Shown here: in pieces, positions 42,865 through 52,993 of the stretch
Position numbering within the stretch: position 1 is the stretch's first letter
Layout: the number at the start of each line of letters is the position of its first letter
Assembly: GCA_963666215.2 (NCBI GenBank)
Contig: CAXWPL010000002.1
Coordinates: forward strand, 320,001-384,000
DNA length: 64,000 nt
Source: Acidobacteriota bacterium
Lineage (GTDB): Bacteria > Acidobacteriota > UBA890 > WLXD01
Direction of reading: 5' to 3'
Notes under the pieces: model-generated
Database searches by the model: none
Seen by the model: the letters and a program-made list of their open reading frames with translations, nothing else
What the model was told of the DNA's origin: nothing
Translations under genes and position numbers: made by a program

Positions 42865-43807
42865 GTGATGGAGTGAGAGACTGATGCATGTCCGGCTTGT
42901 CGGAGCTCCACGCCCAGCAGGCGTTCTCATCGAGATGAATATCCTCATCGGGACAGAACGCGAACTTGCTGAATTCCACGTGACGCTCCTGGTATCTCCG
43001 ATCCCCGAGTTTTCCGTGCCACAAGTGATAAATCGCTCCGGAGACGAATCCGATCCGTCCACGCACCTCTTTGAAGAACGGCCAAGCCCACGACAGGTAG
43101 TGCCGAGCTCGCGTCTCGTTCATATGAAGACTTCTGATCGACAACTCCGGAACCCCAAACGCTGCCGTCAACATCGCTCGGTCGCCGCTTCCGACAACAC
43201 ACGCGTCGTACAAGGAATGCCGACCAAGGAGAGACCTACGCGCCACCCAGGCGAAGCCGCCGGCGTGAGGGGTGGGTCTCAAGCGGGGTCCACCGCTTTG
43301 AAGCAACTCCTGTGGCGCGCATCCGCTGTGGACCATGGCGGCAAAGGAGCGGCCAGAGAAGGCATCCACACCACGACGAAATTGGTCGGGGTCGCTTTGC
43401 AGGGCAAGATCACAGAAATCCGCGAAAGGCTGGACGAGCGGTACGTTCTCCAACAGCGCGCGAGATCGTTCAGCCCAGTCGTCGCGCTCGAACACGACGT
43501 CGGCGTCGAGACAAGCGACGGCGTCACAATGCGCCGGCAGGGCAGCGACCGCGAGATTCAGGAGGCGCTCCTTCTGCCAGAGCACATCCGCGCCCTTGAT
43601 CTGGATCAGGATCGACGCATCCCCCGGGCCCAGCTCGAAGGTCGCGCCGAAGCTGAGCTCGACGGTGACCAAAGGCGACAGACTCTCTGCGGACGTGCGG
43701 TAGTTCGCAGAGCGATTGTGATAGCCAGAGGGATTGAAGTAGCAACAAACAGCCCACAGTCGATCCGACCGAGGGCGGCTGCCGTTGCCTCGAGCCACAG
43801 CTGTCAT
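42776..43807 (-). CDS. Hypothetical GT-A-like protein; C-terminus possibly non-native
   Basis: WQKERLLN, LDADV (DxD), GSGD, HLWHG. Confidence 0.65.
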   Translation of the reverse strand: MTAVARGNGSRPRSDRLWAVCCYFNPSGYHNRSANYRTSAESLSPLVTVELSFGATFELGPGDASILIQIKGADVLWQKERLLNLAVAALPAHCDAVACLDADVVFERDDWAERSRALLENVPLVQPFADFCDLALQSDPDQFRRGVDAFSGRSFAAMVHSGCAPQELLQSGGPRLRPTPHAGGFAWVARRSLLGRHSLYDACVVGSGDRAMLTAAFGVPELSIRSLHMNETRARHYLSWAWPFFKEVRGRIGFVSGAIYHLWHGKLGDRRYQERHVEFSKFAFCPDEDIHLDENACWAWSSDKPDMHQSLTPSPCGSIKLPQAAFVTAARAGTVEPAQRCVL

Positions 43808-43822
43808 GCGGGTACGACCGAG

Positions 43823-45967
43823 CTAGAGGTCCGTGCCGGCCGTGCGCTCGCGCTCGCGGATGACGAGGCGGTTGCCGGGGTAGAGGACCGTTCGCGGGCC
43901 GATGCCGTTCCAGGCGCACAGATCGTTGATCGTCGCGCCGAAGCGCGCCGCGATCGAAGTGAGGGTGTCGCCGCGGCGGATGGTGTAGGTGGTGGTCACG
44001 GCGGCTCCACCGGCGGAGGAGTGGATCGTCAGCTTGTCGCCCGGATGAATGATGTCGGAGCGTAGCGAGTTCCACTCGCGGATCGACGCGATCCGAACCC
44101 GATGGACTTGCGCGATCGAGCCCAGAGTGTCACCGCTCTGGACGGTGTAGCTAACGGGCTCGGCCTGTGGGGCCGCTGCGGCCGAAGGCTGATCGGGCGC
44201 GGTGGCCACGCTCGCAGAGGCCGACGCGGGCGTGGTACCACGCCCGCCGTACTCGATCTGGAGGCGGTTGCCCGGGTAGATGATGTGGGAGCTCAGGTTG
44301 TTCCAGCGTTTCACATCGGAGACGCGGGTCGAGTAGGACGAAGCGATCTGCCCGAGCGTCTCGCCACGACGGACGACGTGGACGATCGAGTCGCCGGCGG
44401 CGTGGTTGCTCCCTTGCGCAACGCTCCGAGATGCCACCGTGGCCCTCGCGCCAGGTTGACCCACCGGAATCAAGAGACGCTGGCCGATCGCGATGCGATG
44501 GCGGTTGCGGATGTTATTCATCTCGGCGATCGCGGTCAGGGAGGTGTCGTACTTGTCGGCGATGCCCGAAAGTGTCTCGCCTCGTCCGACGCTGTGTTCG
44601 ACGAAGAGCACCCGCTCGTTCCGAGGAATCGCGGCGAACGCGGCCTCGAAGCGGCCGGCCGTGCCGCGCGGCACGCGAACTGTGTACGCCTTGACGTTGG
44701 GCGTGGTGCGGCGCAGCAGCTGCAAGTTGAGATCCGCGATCGTGCCAACGTCCGAACCGGCGGCGTCGGCGATGACCTGCAGGTCGGCCATCGAATCGAT
44801 CACGACCTGGTCGAATTCCAGTGTTGGCTGCTGCTGCTCCACCGTAAATCCGTAACGCTCGGGGTCGGAGCCAATGATGATGGCAGCCAGCACCTTGGGG
44901 ACGAACTCGCGCGTCTCGCGTGGCAAGTAGGTGGTTTGGGCGAGCGACCAGAAGTCGTCGACACCGGCACGTTGCATCGCTCTCGCGACGCGTCCCTTGC
45001 CACCGTTGTAGGCGGCGATCATGAGGTGCCAATCCTGGAACTCGTCGTAGTAGTCGAGGATGAACTTGGCGATGGCCGTGGTTGCCTTGACCGGATCGCG
45101 GCGCTCGTCGACGTACCAGTCCACCCGCAGGCCGTAGAGGCGGGCGGTGGGGGCCATCAGCTGCCACATGCCCACGGCCGCGGCGCGTGAGCGTACGGTG
45201 GGCTTGAAGAGGCTCTCGATGAGCGGAATCCAGGCGAGCTCCAGCGGAACGCCAGCTTCCTCGAAGGTGTCGCGGATGTGGGGCAGATAGCGCTGCGCGC
45301 GGTTGATGCCTTCCTGGATCACCTCGTGCCTCTGGGTGGTCAGGAACTCGATGGCCTCGAGCACGGAGTCGTTGTCGAGCGGAACCGGAATCGAGAAGCG
45401 TGGTAGGTCGGGCATCGAGTCTTCGAGGCGGCTGCGCAGCAGCTTGATCTCGTCTTCGGTGAGCGTTGGAACGGCTTCGTTCTCGAGCTCGGTCGCCGGC
45501 GCCTCGGGCAAATCGGGAAGGCGCTCCGGCTGCTGTCTCTCGATACGGCGGATCATGCGCTCGAGCGACGCCTCGAAGGCTTGCTCGCCTTCTGGGGGCA
45601 GATCTGCCTCGGTGTAGGCCTCGATTGCGGCGTCGAAATGCAGCTCGGCGTCGTAGTCGCGTCCCTCGCCAATCGCCGCTCGGCCGCGCGCGAAGCGCAG
45701 CTCGGCTTCGGTCTCGATTTCCGTCAACGAGGGTGGGGGAGCGATCTTGACGACCAGCGGGTCTTCTTTGGCGATCGGCACGGGAGGCTCGGGGGCCACT
45801 CGCGGCGGCTCAGAGCCCGAGCAGGCTGCCAGAACGAACAGCGCGACGAGGCAGGCCGAACCAGCGGCCGAGTGAGCTGTTCTCGCGCGGGCCGGCTGGG
45901 AAAGAAGAGCGGCGTCGCGCGCGGCGGCAGCATCGCGGTGGTCGCTAGAGCCGAACGAAGATCCCAT
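43823..45967 (-). CDS. MltD-like lytic transglycosylase with four clear LysM domains; start uncertain
   Basis: LAAC lipobox; IESLF, GMWQLM, AAYNGG, LPRETREFV; four GET/DTL LysM motifs. Confidence 0.9.
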   Translation of the reverse strand: MGSSFGSSDHRDAAAARDAALLSQPARARTAHSAAGSACLVALFVLAACSGSEPPRVAPEPPVPIAKEDPLVVKIAPPPSLTEIETEAELRFARGRAAIGEGRDYDAELHFDAAIEAYTEADLPPEGEQAFEASLERMIRRIERQQPERLPDLPEAPATELENEAVPTLTEDEIKLLRSRLEDSMPDLPRFSIPVPLDNDSVLEAIEFLTTQRHEVIQEGINRAQRYLPHIRDTFEEAGVPLELAWIPLIESLFKPTVRSRAAAVGMWQLMAPTARLYGLRVDWYVDERRDPVKATTAIAKFILDYYDEFQDWHLMIAAYNGGKGRVARAMQRAGVDDFWSLAQTTYLPRETREFVPKVLAAIIIGSDPERYGFTVEQQQPTLEFDQVVIDSMADLQVIADAAGSDVGTIADLNLQLLRRTTPNVKAYTVRVPRGTAGRFEAAFAAIPRNERVLFVEHSVGRGETLSGIADKYDTSLTAIAEMNNIRNRHRIAIGQRLLIPVGQPGARATVASRSVAQGSNHAAGDSIVHVVRRGETLGQIASSYSTRVSDVKRWNNLSSHIIYPGNRLQIEYGGRGTTPASASASVATAPDQPSAAAAPQAEPVSYTVQSGDTLGSIAQVHRVRIASIREWNSLRSDIIHPGDKLTIHSSAGGAAVTTTYTIRRGDTLTSIAARFGATINDLCAWNGIGPRTVLYPGNRLVIRERERTAGTDL

Positions 45968-47825
45968 GCTGTTTGCCAAGGTCATTCGCCAGGGGAGTGA
46001 GAATCGTATGGGGGCCGATGCAGATCCGGCGGCCGTCGTCGACGGCGCTGCGAACGTCTGCCTCGCAGACGAAGGGCTCGGGGTTCTGATCGAGTGGCCG
46101 GGGCGAGCGGCGCGACGAGGCTGTCGTGTCCGCTTGCCCCGATTTGGAAACCATCGAGATTGCCGGCACCTCTTGTTGGCTCGGTTGGCTTGCGAGGGCG
46201 CCACTTCCGAGGGGCGCTTGCGGCCGTTCCTGTTGGCGGCGAACAGGGGCCGCCCCCTCGGTCGTCGAACGATCCCGCACCGTAGGCGACGGTGGCGCTG
46301 CGTTCGACGAGATGAGGTCAACATCAGCTCCCGGCTCGGCGGCGATTATACCCCGGGCCGCGAGGAACACGGCGACCCGGGATTCCAGGCCCGCGTTCGG
46401 GGCCGAGTCGGGCTCGACAGCCTCGGCGAACGGCAACTGTCCGGGATCCGGAGATGGCCGAGAGAGGTCGCGAACGCCCACCGCGAGTCGTTTGATGTTG
46501 ATCAGATGCTGTGGGCCGACGTTGTCGGAGGTGACGTTGTTGCCCCAAGAGCCGCATCCGAGCGTCATCGATGGGAACAGGTTGGTGGTTGCCCCCACCG
46601 AGCCGAGAGCGGTCATCGTGTTGACCAGAATCCTGTGTGCTGGCTTGTGCAGACCGAACTCGAGGACCACGGCGTCGTCGCGCGAGTGGATGGCCATGGT
46701 GTGGCCGAGTCCGCCGAATCGCAGTAGCTCGGTGCAACGCTCGCAGCCCTCACGCCAGTCGTCGACCTCGTAGTAGGCGAGAACAGGCGAGAGCTTTTCG
46801 TGTGAGAGCGGATACGCCCGGCCCACGCCGTCCTGCGGGCAAACGAGCACGAGCGTGTCGTCGGGGACGGTGAGTCCCGCCGCCTGCGCGATTGCGGTTG
46901 CTGGCTTGCCGACGAGCTTCGGGTTCACCAGCTGCTGCTCGGTGATGAGCACCCGCGCTAGCTGCGCACACTCACTCGCGCTCAGGAAGTGGCCGCGGTT
47001 GGCGCGCACGGCCTCCCTTACCTGATCGGCAATCGCCCGGTCACAGACGATTGCTTGCTCCGAAGAGCACAGGGTGCCATTGTCGAACGTAGTACCAGAG
47101 ATGATGTGACGCACGGCGTCCGCCACGTCGGCGGTGCGCTCGATGTACGCGGGTGCGTTGCCGGGCCCCACCCCGAAGGCCGGCTTTCCAGCGGAGTAGG
47201 CGGCGCGCACCAGCCCCATGCCGCCGGTGGCGAGAATGACGTCGGAGTCCTTGCCCTCCATCAGCTCCCGGGTGCCCTCCATGCTCACGACGGTCATGCA
47301 GCCGATGGCGTCGCGCGGCGCCCCGGCGGCGACCGCCGCCTCCTGCATCACATCGGCGGCCGCCTTGATGCAGGCCTTGGCGGCGGGATGCGGCGACAGG
47401 ACGATGGAGCATCGCGCCTTGAGCGAGATGAGGCACTTGAATAGTGCGGTCGACGTCGGGTTCGTGCACGGAACGATGCCCGCGACGACGCCAACCGGCT
47501 CGGCGATTTCGCGAACCTGCTTCTCGATGTCCTCGCTGATGACACCCACGGTGCGCATGCCTCGCATGGCGTCGACCACCTGCTCGAGCACGAAGTTGTT
47601 CTTGCGAACCTTGTCCGCCGTCGACCCGAAGCCGGTTTCCTCGTGCGCCATACGCGCCAGGCGCTCGTTTTCGCGCAAGCCCGCCGCGGCCATCGATTCC
47701 ACGATCGCGTCGACCTGCTCCTGCGAAAACCCTTCGAGCTGGCGTTGCGCGACCTTGGCTGCGCGCAACAGCGTGCGGACCTCATGAATCGAGCGGAGGT
47801 CGCGGTCCAGGTCGGTTCCTGACAT
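45945..47825 (-). CDS. BMC-associated CoA-acylating aldehyde dehydrogenase with long C-terminal extension
   Basis: PCTNPTST, ATGG, GVGPGN, FDNGTLCSSEQ, EKLSP, TLGCG; adjacent to BMC-H. Confidence 0.9.
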   Translation of the reverse strand: MSGTDLDRDLRSIHEVRTLLRAAKVAQRQLEGFSQEQVDAIVESMAAAGLRENERLARMAHEETGFGSTADKVRKNNFVLEQVVDAMRGMRTVGVISEDIEKQVREIAEPVGVVAGIVPCTNPTSTALFKCLISLKARCSIVLSPHPAAKACIKAAADVMQEAAVAAGAPRDAIGCMTVVSMEGTRELMEGKDSDVILATGGMGLVRAAYSAGKPAFGVGPGNAPAYIERTADVADAVRHIISGTTFDNGTLCSSEQAIVCDRAIADQVREAVRANRGHFLSASECAQLARVLITEQQLVNPKLVGKPATAIAQAAGLTVPDDTLVLVCPQDGVGRAYPLSHEKLSPVLAYYEVDDWREGCERCTELLRFGGLGHTMAIHSRDDAVVLEFGLHKPAHRILVNTMTALGSVGATTNLFPSMTLGCGSWGNNVTSDNVGPQHLINIKRLAVGVRDLSRPSPDPGQLPFAEAVEPDSAPNAGLESRVAVFLAARGIIAAEPGADVDLISSNAAPPSPTVRDRSTTEGAAPVRRQQERPQAPLGSGALASQPSQQEVPAISMVSKSGQADTTASSRRSPRPLDQNPEPFVCEADVRSAVDDGRRICIGPHTILTPLANDLGKQHGIFVRL

Positions 47826-47854
47826 CTAGCTGGCCGTGGTGGAAGTGTGGCGGG

Positions 47855-48166
47855 CTACTTCTTGACGCTTCTACCGGCAGCGGCGCTGGAGGGCGAATCG
47901 GGGAGGATCTTCTCGACCTCCTCGTGCGGCCGTGGAATGACGTGAACCGCAATCAGCTCGCCTACGCGTCGCGCGGCTGCCGCGCCGGCATCGGTGGCCG
48001 CTTTTACGGCACCCACATCCCCACGGACGATCACCGTGACGTAGGCCGCTCCGATCTGTTCGCGACCCACAAGCACCACGTTGGCGGTCTTGACCATGGC
48101 GTCGGCGGCCTCGATGGCGCCCACCAAGCCTTTGGTCTCGATCATGCCGAGCGCTTCAAGCGTCAT
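47855..48166 (-). CDS. BMC hexamer shell protein (EutM/PduA/CcmK family)
   Basis: [33 protein letters not shown]. Confidence 0.96.
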   Translation of the reverse strand: MTLEALGMIETKGLVGAIEAADAMVKTANVVLVGREQIGAAYVTVIVRGDVGAVKAATDAGAAAARRVGELIAVHVIPRPHEEVEKILPDSPSSAAAGRSVKK

Positions 48167-48615
48167 ACCGTCCCCCCGGATTCAGTCGCCGTTTTCACAC
48201 CGAAGCCGGTCAGCCTCCGCGTGCGTCCACCCGCCACCCACAGCGCGCGAGCGCCGCTGGAGCCGGCGCTCACGTGAGTTGGACGGTGCGAAACCTAGCA
48301 TGGGCCAGAAGCGAGGGTCAACGAGAGCCCGACAGCTCGCCGTCCGCGGAGGGGGCTCTTCCTTGCCGGCGTCCGACCCCTAAAGTAGACTCGCTTCGCC
48401 CGGGTGCGGGCTATCGATCAAACCTGACGTGCTGCTCGAGCTGCAGCCGCCGATTTGCCGTCGCCCGCCCGGTGCAGTGTGATTCGGGAGCTCGCGATTT
48501 GCGTGGGCTCCGCGCGAGTTCACGACAAATCAAGAATCGCCGACCGCTTTGCTTCCTAGCCGGGACAACCGGGCATTTCGTCGATGCTCGAGTTGCCCGA
48601 TGCGTGAGTTGAACA

Positions 48616-49536
48616 ATGCCGAAACGTTCTCGATTCCAAACGCGACCCGACATCACAGAAGCGCAGCCGCGGTCCCGCGCCTCGCTCGCCGTGCTCGCCA
48701 CGGCGGCGGCGTTCTTCGCCGCCGGCTGCGCCGGTGAGTCGGGCACGGCCCGAATCGCCGCGACCCCGGCGATTGACCTCCCCAACAGCGTGGCAGTTGG
48801 CGAGCCGCTCGACATCGGCTACTCCTGGGAGCTCGCCGACGACTTTGCGGCGCCGGGCGACGACTATCAGGTGTTTGTCCACATGCGGGCCCCCGACGGG
48901 ACGGTCCTGTTTCAGGACGACCACTATCCCAGCGAGCCGACCACGGTGTGGAGCGCGGGAACCACCCAGAGCTACCGACGCTGGTACTACCCGCCGGAGG
49001 ATCTGGAAGTCGAGTACATCGACTTCGTCGTCGGGCTGTACAACGAGGCCGGCCGCGCCGAGGTCATGCACGACGGCGCTTGGCAGAACGAGGCGAATGT
49101 TCGTCGTGTGCAGATCCGCGTGGAGGACCTGAGCGGCATTCCGGTGTGGATGAACGGCTGGCACCCGCTCGAGCAGATCAGCGAGCCCGAGGAGCAGCAG
49201 TGGCGCTGGAGTGCCGGCGAGGCGCACGCGCTGTTCGCCAACCCACGCACCGACGCCATTCTGCACCTGCATGCTCACGGGCCCTTCGATGAGATCGGGG
49301 CGCAGCGGGTCGTTTTTCTGATTGGCGAGGTGGAGGTCGCGAGCATCGACATTTCTGACGCCGCGGCTTTCGTCGAGCGGCTCGAGATTTCGGCGGCGGC
49401 GCTCGGCGAAGAGGATTGGACCGAGCTGGTCATGCGGGTGGAGCCGTCGATGCTGCCACGCGAGCTCGATCCGGAGTCCACCGATGATCGTGAGCTCGGG
49501 TTGCAGGTGTACTCGCTGTTCCTGTCGTCCTCGTAG
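48616..49536 (+). CDS. Hypothetical lipoprotein
   Basis: AAGC lipobox; YQVFVH...DDH, DDRELG. Confidence 0.7.
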   Translation: MPKRSRFQTRPDITEAQPRSRASLAVLATAAAFFAAGCAGESGTARIAATPAIDLPNSVAVGEPLDIGYSWELADDFAAPGDDYQVFVHMRAPDGTVLFQDDHYPSEPTTVWSAGTTQSYRRWYYPPEDLEVEYIDFVVGLYNEAGRAEVMHDGAWQNEANVRRVQIRVEDLSGIPVWMNGWHPLEQISEPEEQQWRWSAGEAHALFANPRTDAILHLHAHGPFDEIGAQRVVFLIGEVEVASIDISDAAAFVERLEISAAALGEEDWTELVMRVEPSMLPRELDPESTDDRELGLQVYSLFLSSS

Positions 49537-49694
49537 CGCAGAATGCGGAACGCGGCGGTGACCGATCTCGACAGAAGAAACGATTTCTCAGGGTGATAAG
49601 TAGAGGCTGGTAACGGAAAGGGGGACTGCGGCGACCGTCTAACACTCTCAAAGGCGTGGATCGCAGCGGCTGCAGCGCAGCAGGGGGCGAAACG

Positions 49695-50762
49695 ATGGGC
49701 AAGGCAAAGACGAACGAAGCGAACGGCAAGTTGAAGGCGGCGGAGCTCGCCATCAGTCAGATCGAGCGCCAGCACGGCAAGGGCTCGATCATGCGGCTCG
49801 GCGACCGGAGCGCCATCGATGTGCCGAGCATTTCGACGGGCTCGATTGGACTCGATTTGGCGATCGGCGTCGGCGGCGTGCCGCGCGGGCGTGTGATCGA
49901 GATCTATGGGCCCGAATCGTCGGGCAAGACGACGCTCGCCTCACACATCGTCGCCAACGCCCAGCAGGCGGGCGGCCTTGCCGCGTTCATCGACGCTGAG
50001 CACGCCATCGATCCGGAGTACTCAAGAGCACTGGGCGTGATCGTTGATGACCTGCTGGTGTCGCAGCCAGATTCCGGTGAGCAGGCGCTGGAGATCTGCG
50101 AAACGCTGGTACGCTCGGCCGCACTCGACATCGTCGTCATCGACTCAGTGGCGGCGCTGGTGCCACGCGCCGAGATCGAGGGCGAGATGGGCGACATGCA
50201 GCCCGGTCTGCAGGCGCGGCTCATGTCGAAGGCCATGCGCAAGCTCACTCATGTCGTTTCCAAGTCGATGACGACGCTGCTCTTCATCAATCAAGTGCGC
50301 GAGAAGATCGGTGTGATGTTCGGTAGCCCCGAAACCACGCCCGGAGGTCGCGCGCTCAAGTTCTATAGCTCGGTGCGGCTCGACATCCGCCGTATCGGCT
50401 CGATCAAGGATGGCGACCAGTTCGTCGGCAACCGCACGCGCGTGAAGGTGGTCAAGAACAAGGTCGCGTCGCCGTTCCGCATGGCCGAGTTCGATGTCAT
50501 CTACGGCCGCGGGATCTCGCGCGAGGGCGAGCTCATCGACATCGGTGTGCACGAGGGAATCGTCGACAAGTCGGGCGCCTGGTTCTCATACGGCGATACC
50601 CGCCTGGGTCAGGGGCGCGAGAACTCCAAGCGCTTCCTCGAGGAGAACATCGAGGTCGCCGCCGACATCGACCGCCGCCTGCGCGAAAAGCTGGGCATCT
50701 CCCCGATGCCGCAAGAAGCACCGGCGGCCGCCGAACCCGTCCCGGAAGCCGCCACGGCGTAG
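49695..50762 (+). CDS. recA: Recombinase A
   Basis: [23 protein letters not shown]. Confidence 0.99.
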   Translation: MGKAKTNEANGKLKAAELAISQIERQHGKGSIMRLGDRSAIDVPSISTGSIGLDLAIGVGGVPRGRVIEIYGPESSGKTTLASHIVANAQQAGGLAAFIDAEHAIDPEYSRALGVIVDDLLVSQPDSGEQALEICETLVRSAALDIVVIDSVAALVPRAEIEGEMGDMQPGLQARLMSKAMRKLTHVVSKSMTTLLFINQVREKIGVMFGSPETTPGGRALKFYSSVRLDIRRIGSIKDGDQFVGNRTRVKVVKNKVASPFRMAEFDVIYGRGISREGELIDIGVHEGIVDKSGAWFSYGDTRLGQGRENSKRFLEENIEVAADIDRRLREKLGISPMPQEAPAAAEPVPEAATA

Positions 50763-50873
50763 CCGGTTCGGAGTCGAGCCCTCAGGCCCAGAGTCGAGTC
50801 CTCAGTCAGCAAGGGGATGTGCGGTCTCGGCCGCCAGCGCGGCCCTTGTCCCTTCGGCCTTGCTGGGGAGAGG

Positions 50874-50999
50874 CTACGAGTCGTCGTACTTGGCGCCCGT
50901 CTCGACGATCTTCTTGGCGCAGAACGCCAGTAGGCCAATCACGAAAGTCCATGCAAGGGCCATGAACACCAAGCCGCCGATGGTGAGTGTCGTCGTCAT
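50874..50999 (-). CDS. 41-aa single-TM protein, candidate NSS small subunit (not in the ORF track)
   Basis: MTTTLTIGGLVFMALAWTFVIGLLAFCAKKIVETGAKYDDS; starts 3 bp after the transporter stop. Confidence 0.7.
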   Translation of the reverse strand: MTTTLTIGGLVFMALAWTFVIGLLAFCAKKIVETGAKYDDS

Positions 51000-51002
51000 C
51001 TT

Positions 51003-52586
51003 CTAGGCCTCCTGACTCTGCTCGGGGCGTCCACGCCACGCGTACCAGACCGCCAGACACATGCCGGCGAAGATGGCGATCATCGTCCAGCGCGCCATCG
51101 ACACGTACGGCACGTAGTCGGGGTTGAAGCCCTCGTAGCGCAGCACGGGCGGCAGGTTGAAGATCACCCAGTTGCCGAGAATCACGAGCAGCAGTGCCGG
51201 CGTGATGAAGGTCATGCAGTAGCGGAAGAAAATCGGAACCTTGATGTCGGCGCCGCGGTTGAGTGCCTCCCAGCCCCGCTGAATACCGAACACCCAGGCG
51301 AAGAGGACAGTCTCGATGGTCGCGAAGACAACGAGGCCGAAGGTGCCTGCCCAGAAGTCGAGCTCGTTGAGAAAGCCCTGTTGGTTCCAGAAGATCACCG
51401 GCTGGCAGAACAGGAAGACGCCCAGGCCGAGCACAGCGGCGGCGCGCTGCCGTGTCATGCCGAAGCTTTCCTGCAGGAACGCCATGATCGGTTGGCCCAT
51501 CGCCAGCGACGAGGTGATACCGGCGAAGAACAACAGGGCGAACCAGAGCGTTCCGAACACCTGCCCCATTGGAATCTGTTGGAAGAGCGCCGGCATGACG
51601 GCGAACGCCAGGTCGTACGCGCTGGTGGCCAGCTCCTGGGTGCGGTCGAGGCCGTAGAACGCCACCGCGGCGGGGATTGCCAGCGTGCCGCCCAGGACGA
51701 CCTCAGCGAACTCGTTGGTGGCGCCCGTGGCCAGGCCGGTGAGGGCCACGTCGTCGTTCTCGCGCAGGTAGGCCGCGTAGCAGTGGATCGTGCCCATGCC
51801 GAGGCTCAGCGTGAAGAACACCTGACCGGCGGCGGCGAGCCAAACGCCCGGATCGGTGAGCATCTCCGCCACCGGGTTCCAGATGAAGCCCAACCCGGTG
51901 GCGACGCTGTTCTCCGGAATTGACGGATCGGGCGTTCCTAGAAAGAGCACCCGTACCACCAAAATGATGGCGAACAAGAAGAGCGTCGGCATCGCGAACT
52001 TGGCGATGGTCTCGATGCCCTTGGAAACGCCACGCGACAGCACATAGATGTTGACGAGCAGGGTGATGACAAACAGTACGTACGCCCAGGCGATACCCGA
52101 GAAGTAGGTGATGCCGGCGTTCGCGACAGCAGGATCGGCGGAGTTGATCGGAATGCCCTGATAGCTGTGCAGGAAGGCCTGCATGGGCTCGAACGCCGAC
52201 GCGCCCCAGTAGCTGCCGGCGCCGGTAAATAGGGCGAAGCCGAGCGACCACGATTCAACGTAGGTGTAGTAGACCATGATGACGAACGGCATGAAGAGGC
52301 CGGCCACACCCACGTACTTGGCCAGCGGGTTCTTCCAGAGCAGCTCCATCATCCCGGGCGTTGTCGAGTGCCCGTAGCGCCCGCCCATCCGCCCGATCGT
52401 CCACTCGATCCACATCAGCGGAATACCGAGCAGGATGAAGCACACGAAGTAGGGGATCATGAACGCGCCGCCGCCGTTCTGAGCCGCCTGCACCGGGAAG
52501 CGCAGGAAGTTACCCAGTCCGACAGCGTTCCCGGCCATGGCCAGGATCAGCCCGAATCGTGTTCCCCAACGTTCTCGTTCAGCCAT
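51003..52586 (-). CDS. Sodium-dependent transporter, NSS/SNF family
   Basis: GNAVGLGNFLRFP, GGGAFMIPY, QVFFTLSLG, FFAGITS. Confidence 0.95.
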   Translation of the reverse strand: MAERERWGTRFGLILAMAGNAVGLGNFLRFPVQAAQNGGGAFMIPYFVCFILLGIPLMWIEWTIGRMGGRYGHSTTPGMMELLWKNPLAKYVGVAGLFMPFVIMVYYTYVESWSLGFALFTGAGSYWGASAFEPMQAFLHSYQGIPINSADPAVANAGITYFSGIAWAYVLFVITLLVNIYVLSRGVSKGIETIAKFAMPTLFLFAIILVVRVLFLGTPDPSIPENSVATGLGFIWNPVAEMLTDPGVWLAAAGQVFFTLSLGMGTIHCYAAYLRENDDVALTGLATGATNEFAEVVLGGTLAIPAAVAFYGLDRTQELATSAYDLAFAVMPALFQQIPMGQVFGTLWFALLFFAGITSSLAMGQPIMAFLQESFGMTRQRAAAVLGLGVFLFCQPVIFWNQQGFLNELDFWAGTFGLVVFATIETVLFAWVFGIQRGWEALNRGADIKVPIFFRYCMTFITPALLLVILGNWVIFNLPPVLRYEGFNPDYVPYVSMARWTMIAIFAGMCLAVWYAWRGRPEQSQEA

Positions 52587-52780
52587 TCCACTCCCTGGGA
52601 GTGTCTCGGAATCTCGTTGATCTGCCGTCGTCCGGCGCCTGAGCGCCGGCAACTATAGCACCCAAATCACGCTCGCCCGGCGGGGAACGATGGGCTATGC
52701 TCTGGCCGCGTTTCTGCCGCCCCGCACTCTGCGCCGCGCGCACCCGACATCTCGGGTTAAAACTCGAAATCCTCACAGGT

Positions 52781-52853
52781 GGGCTCGTAGCTCAGTCGGT
52801 AGAGCGAGGGCCTGAAAAGCCCTGCGTCGGTGGTTCAATTCCGCCCGAGCCCA
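52781..52853 (+). tRNA. tRNA-Phe(GAA), CCA not fully encoded
   Basis: Acceptor stem GGGCTCG/CGAGCCC; anticodon arm AGGGC-CTGAAAA-GCCCT; T loop GGTTCAATTCC. Confidence 0.95.
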
Positions 52854-52993
52854 CCTTCCCAAACCCTCTACTCAGGGGGTTTACGGCCGTCTGCCCCCTC
52901 AGGGCCTCGCGACAGGTTCTGGTCCTGAGTGGTCTGCTTTGGTGCCGAGAACCAACTTTGTAGACACCATGGTGGACACCAAGACTGTCTAGG

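Noticed and set aside
41630-47846. 14-bp CCGTGGTGGAAGTG shared in opposite orientation near 41630 and 47834
   Set aside because: Short, not at an evident junction, and compatible with chance
49540-49694. LexA box upstream of recA
   Set aside because: No convincing match to SOS-box types I know
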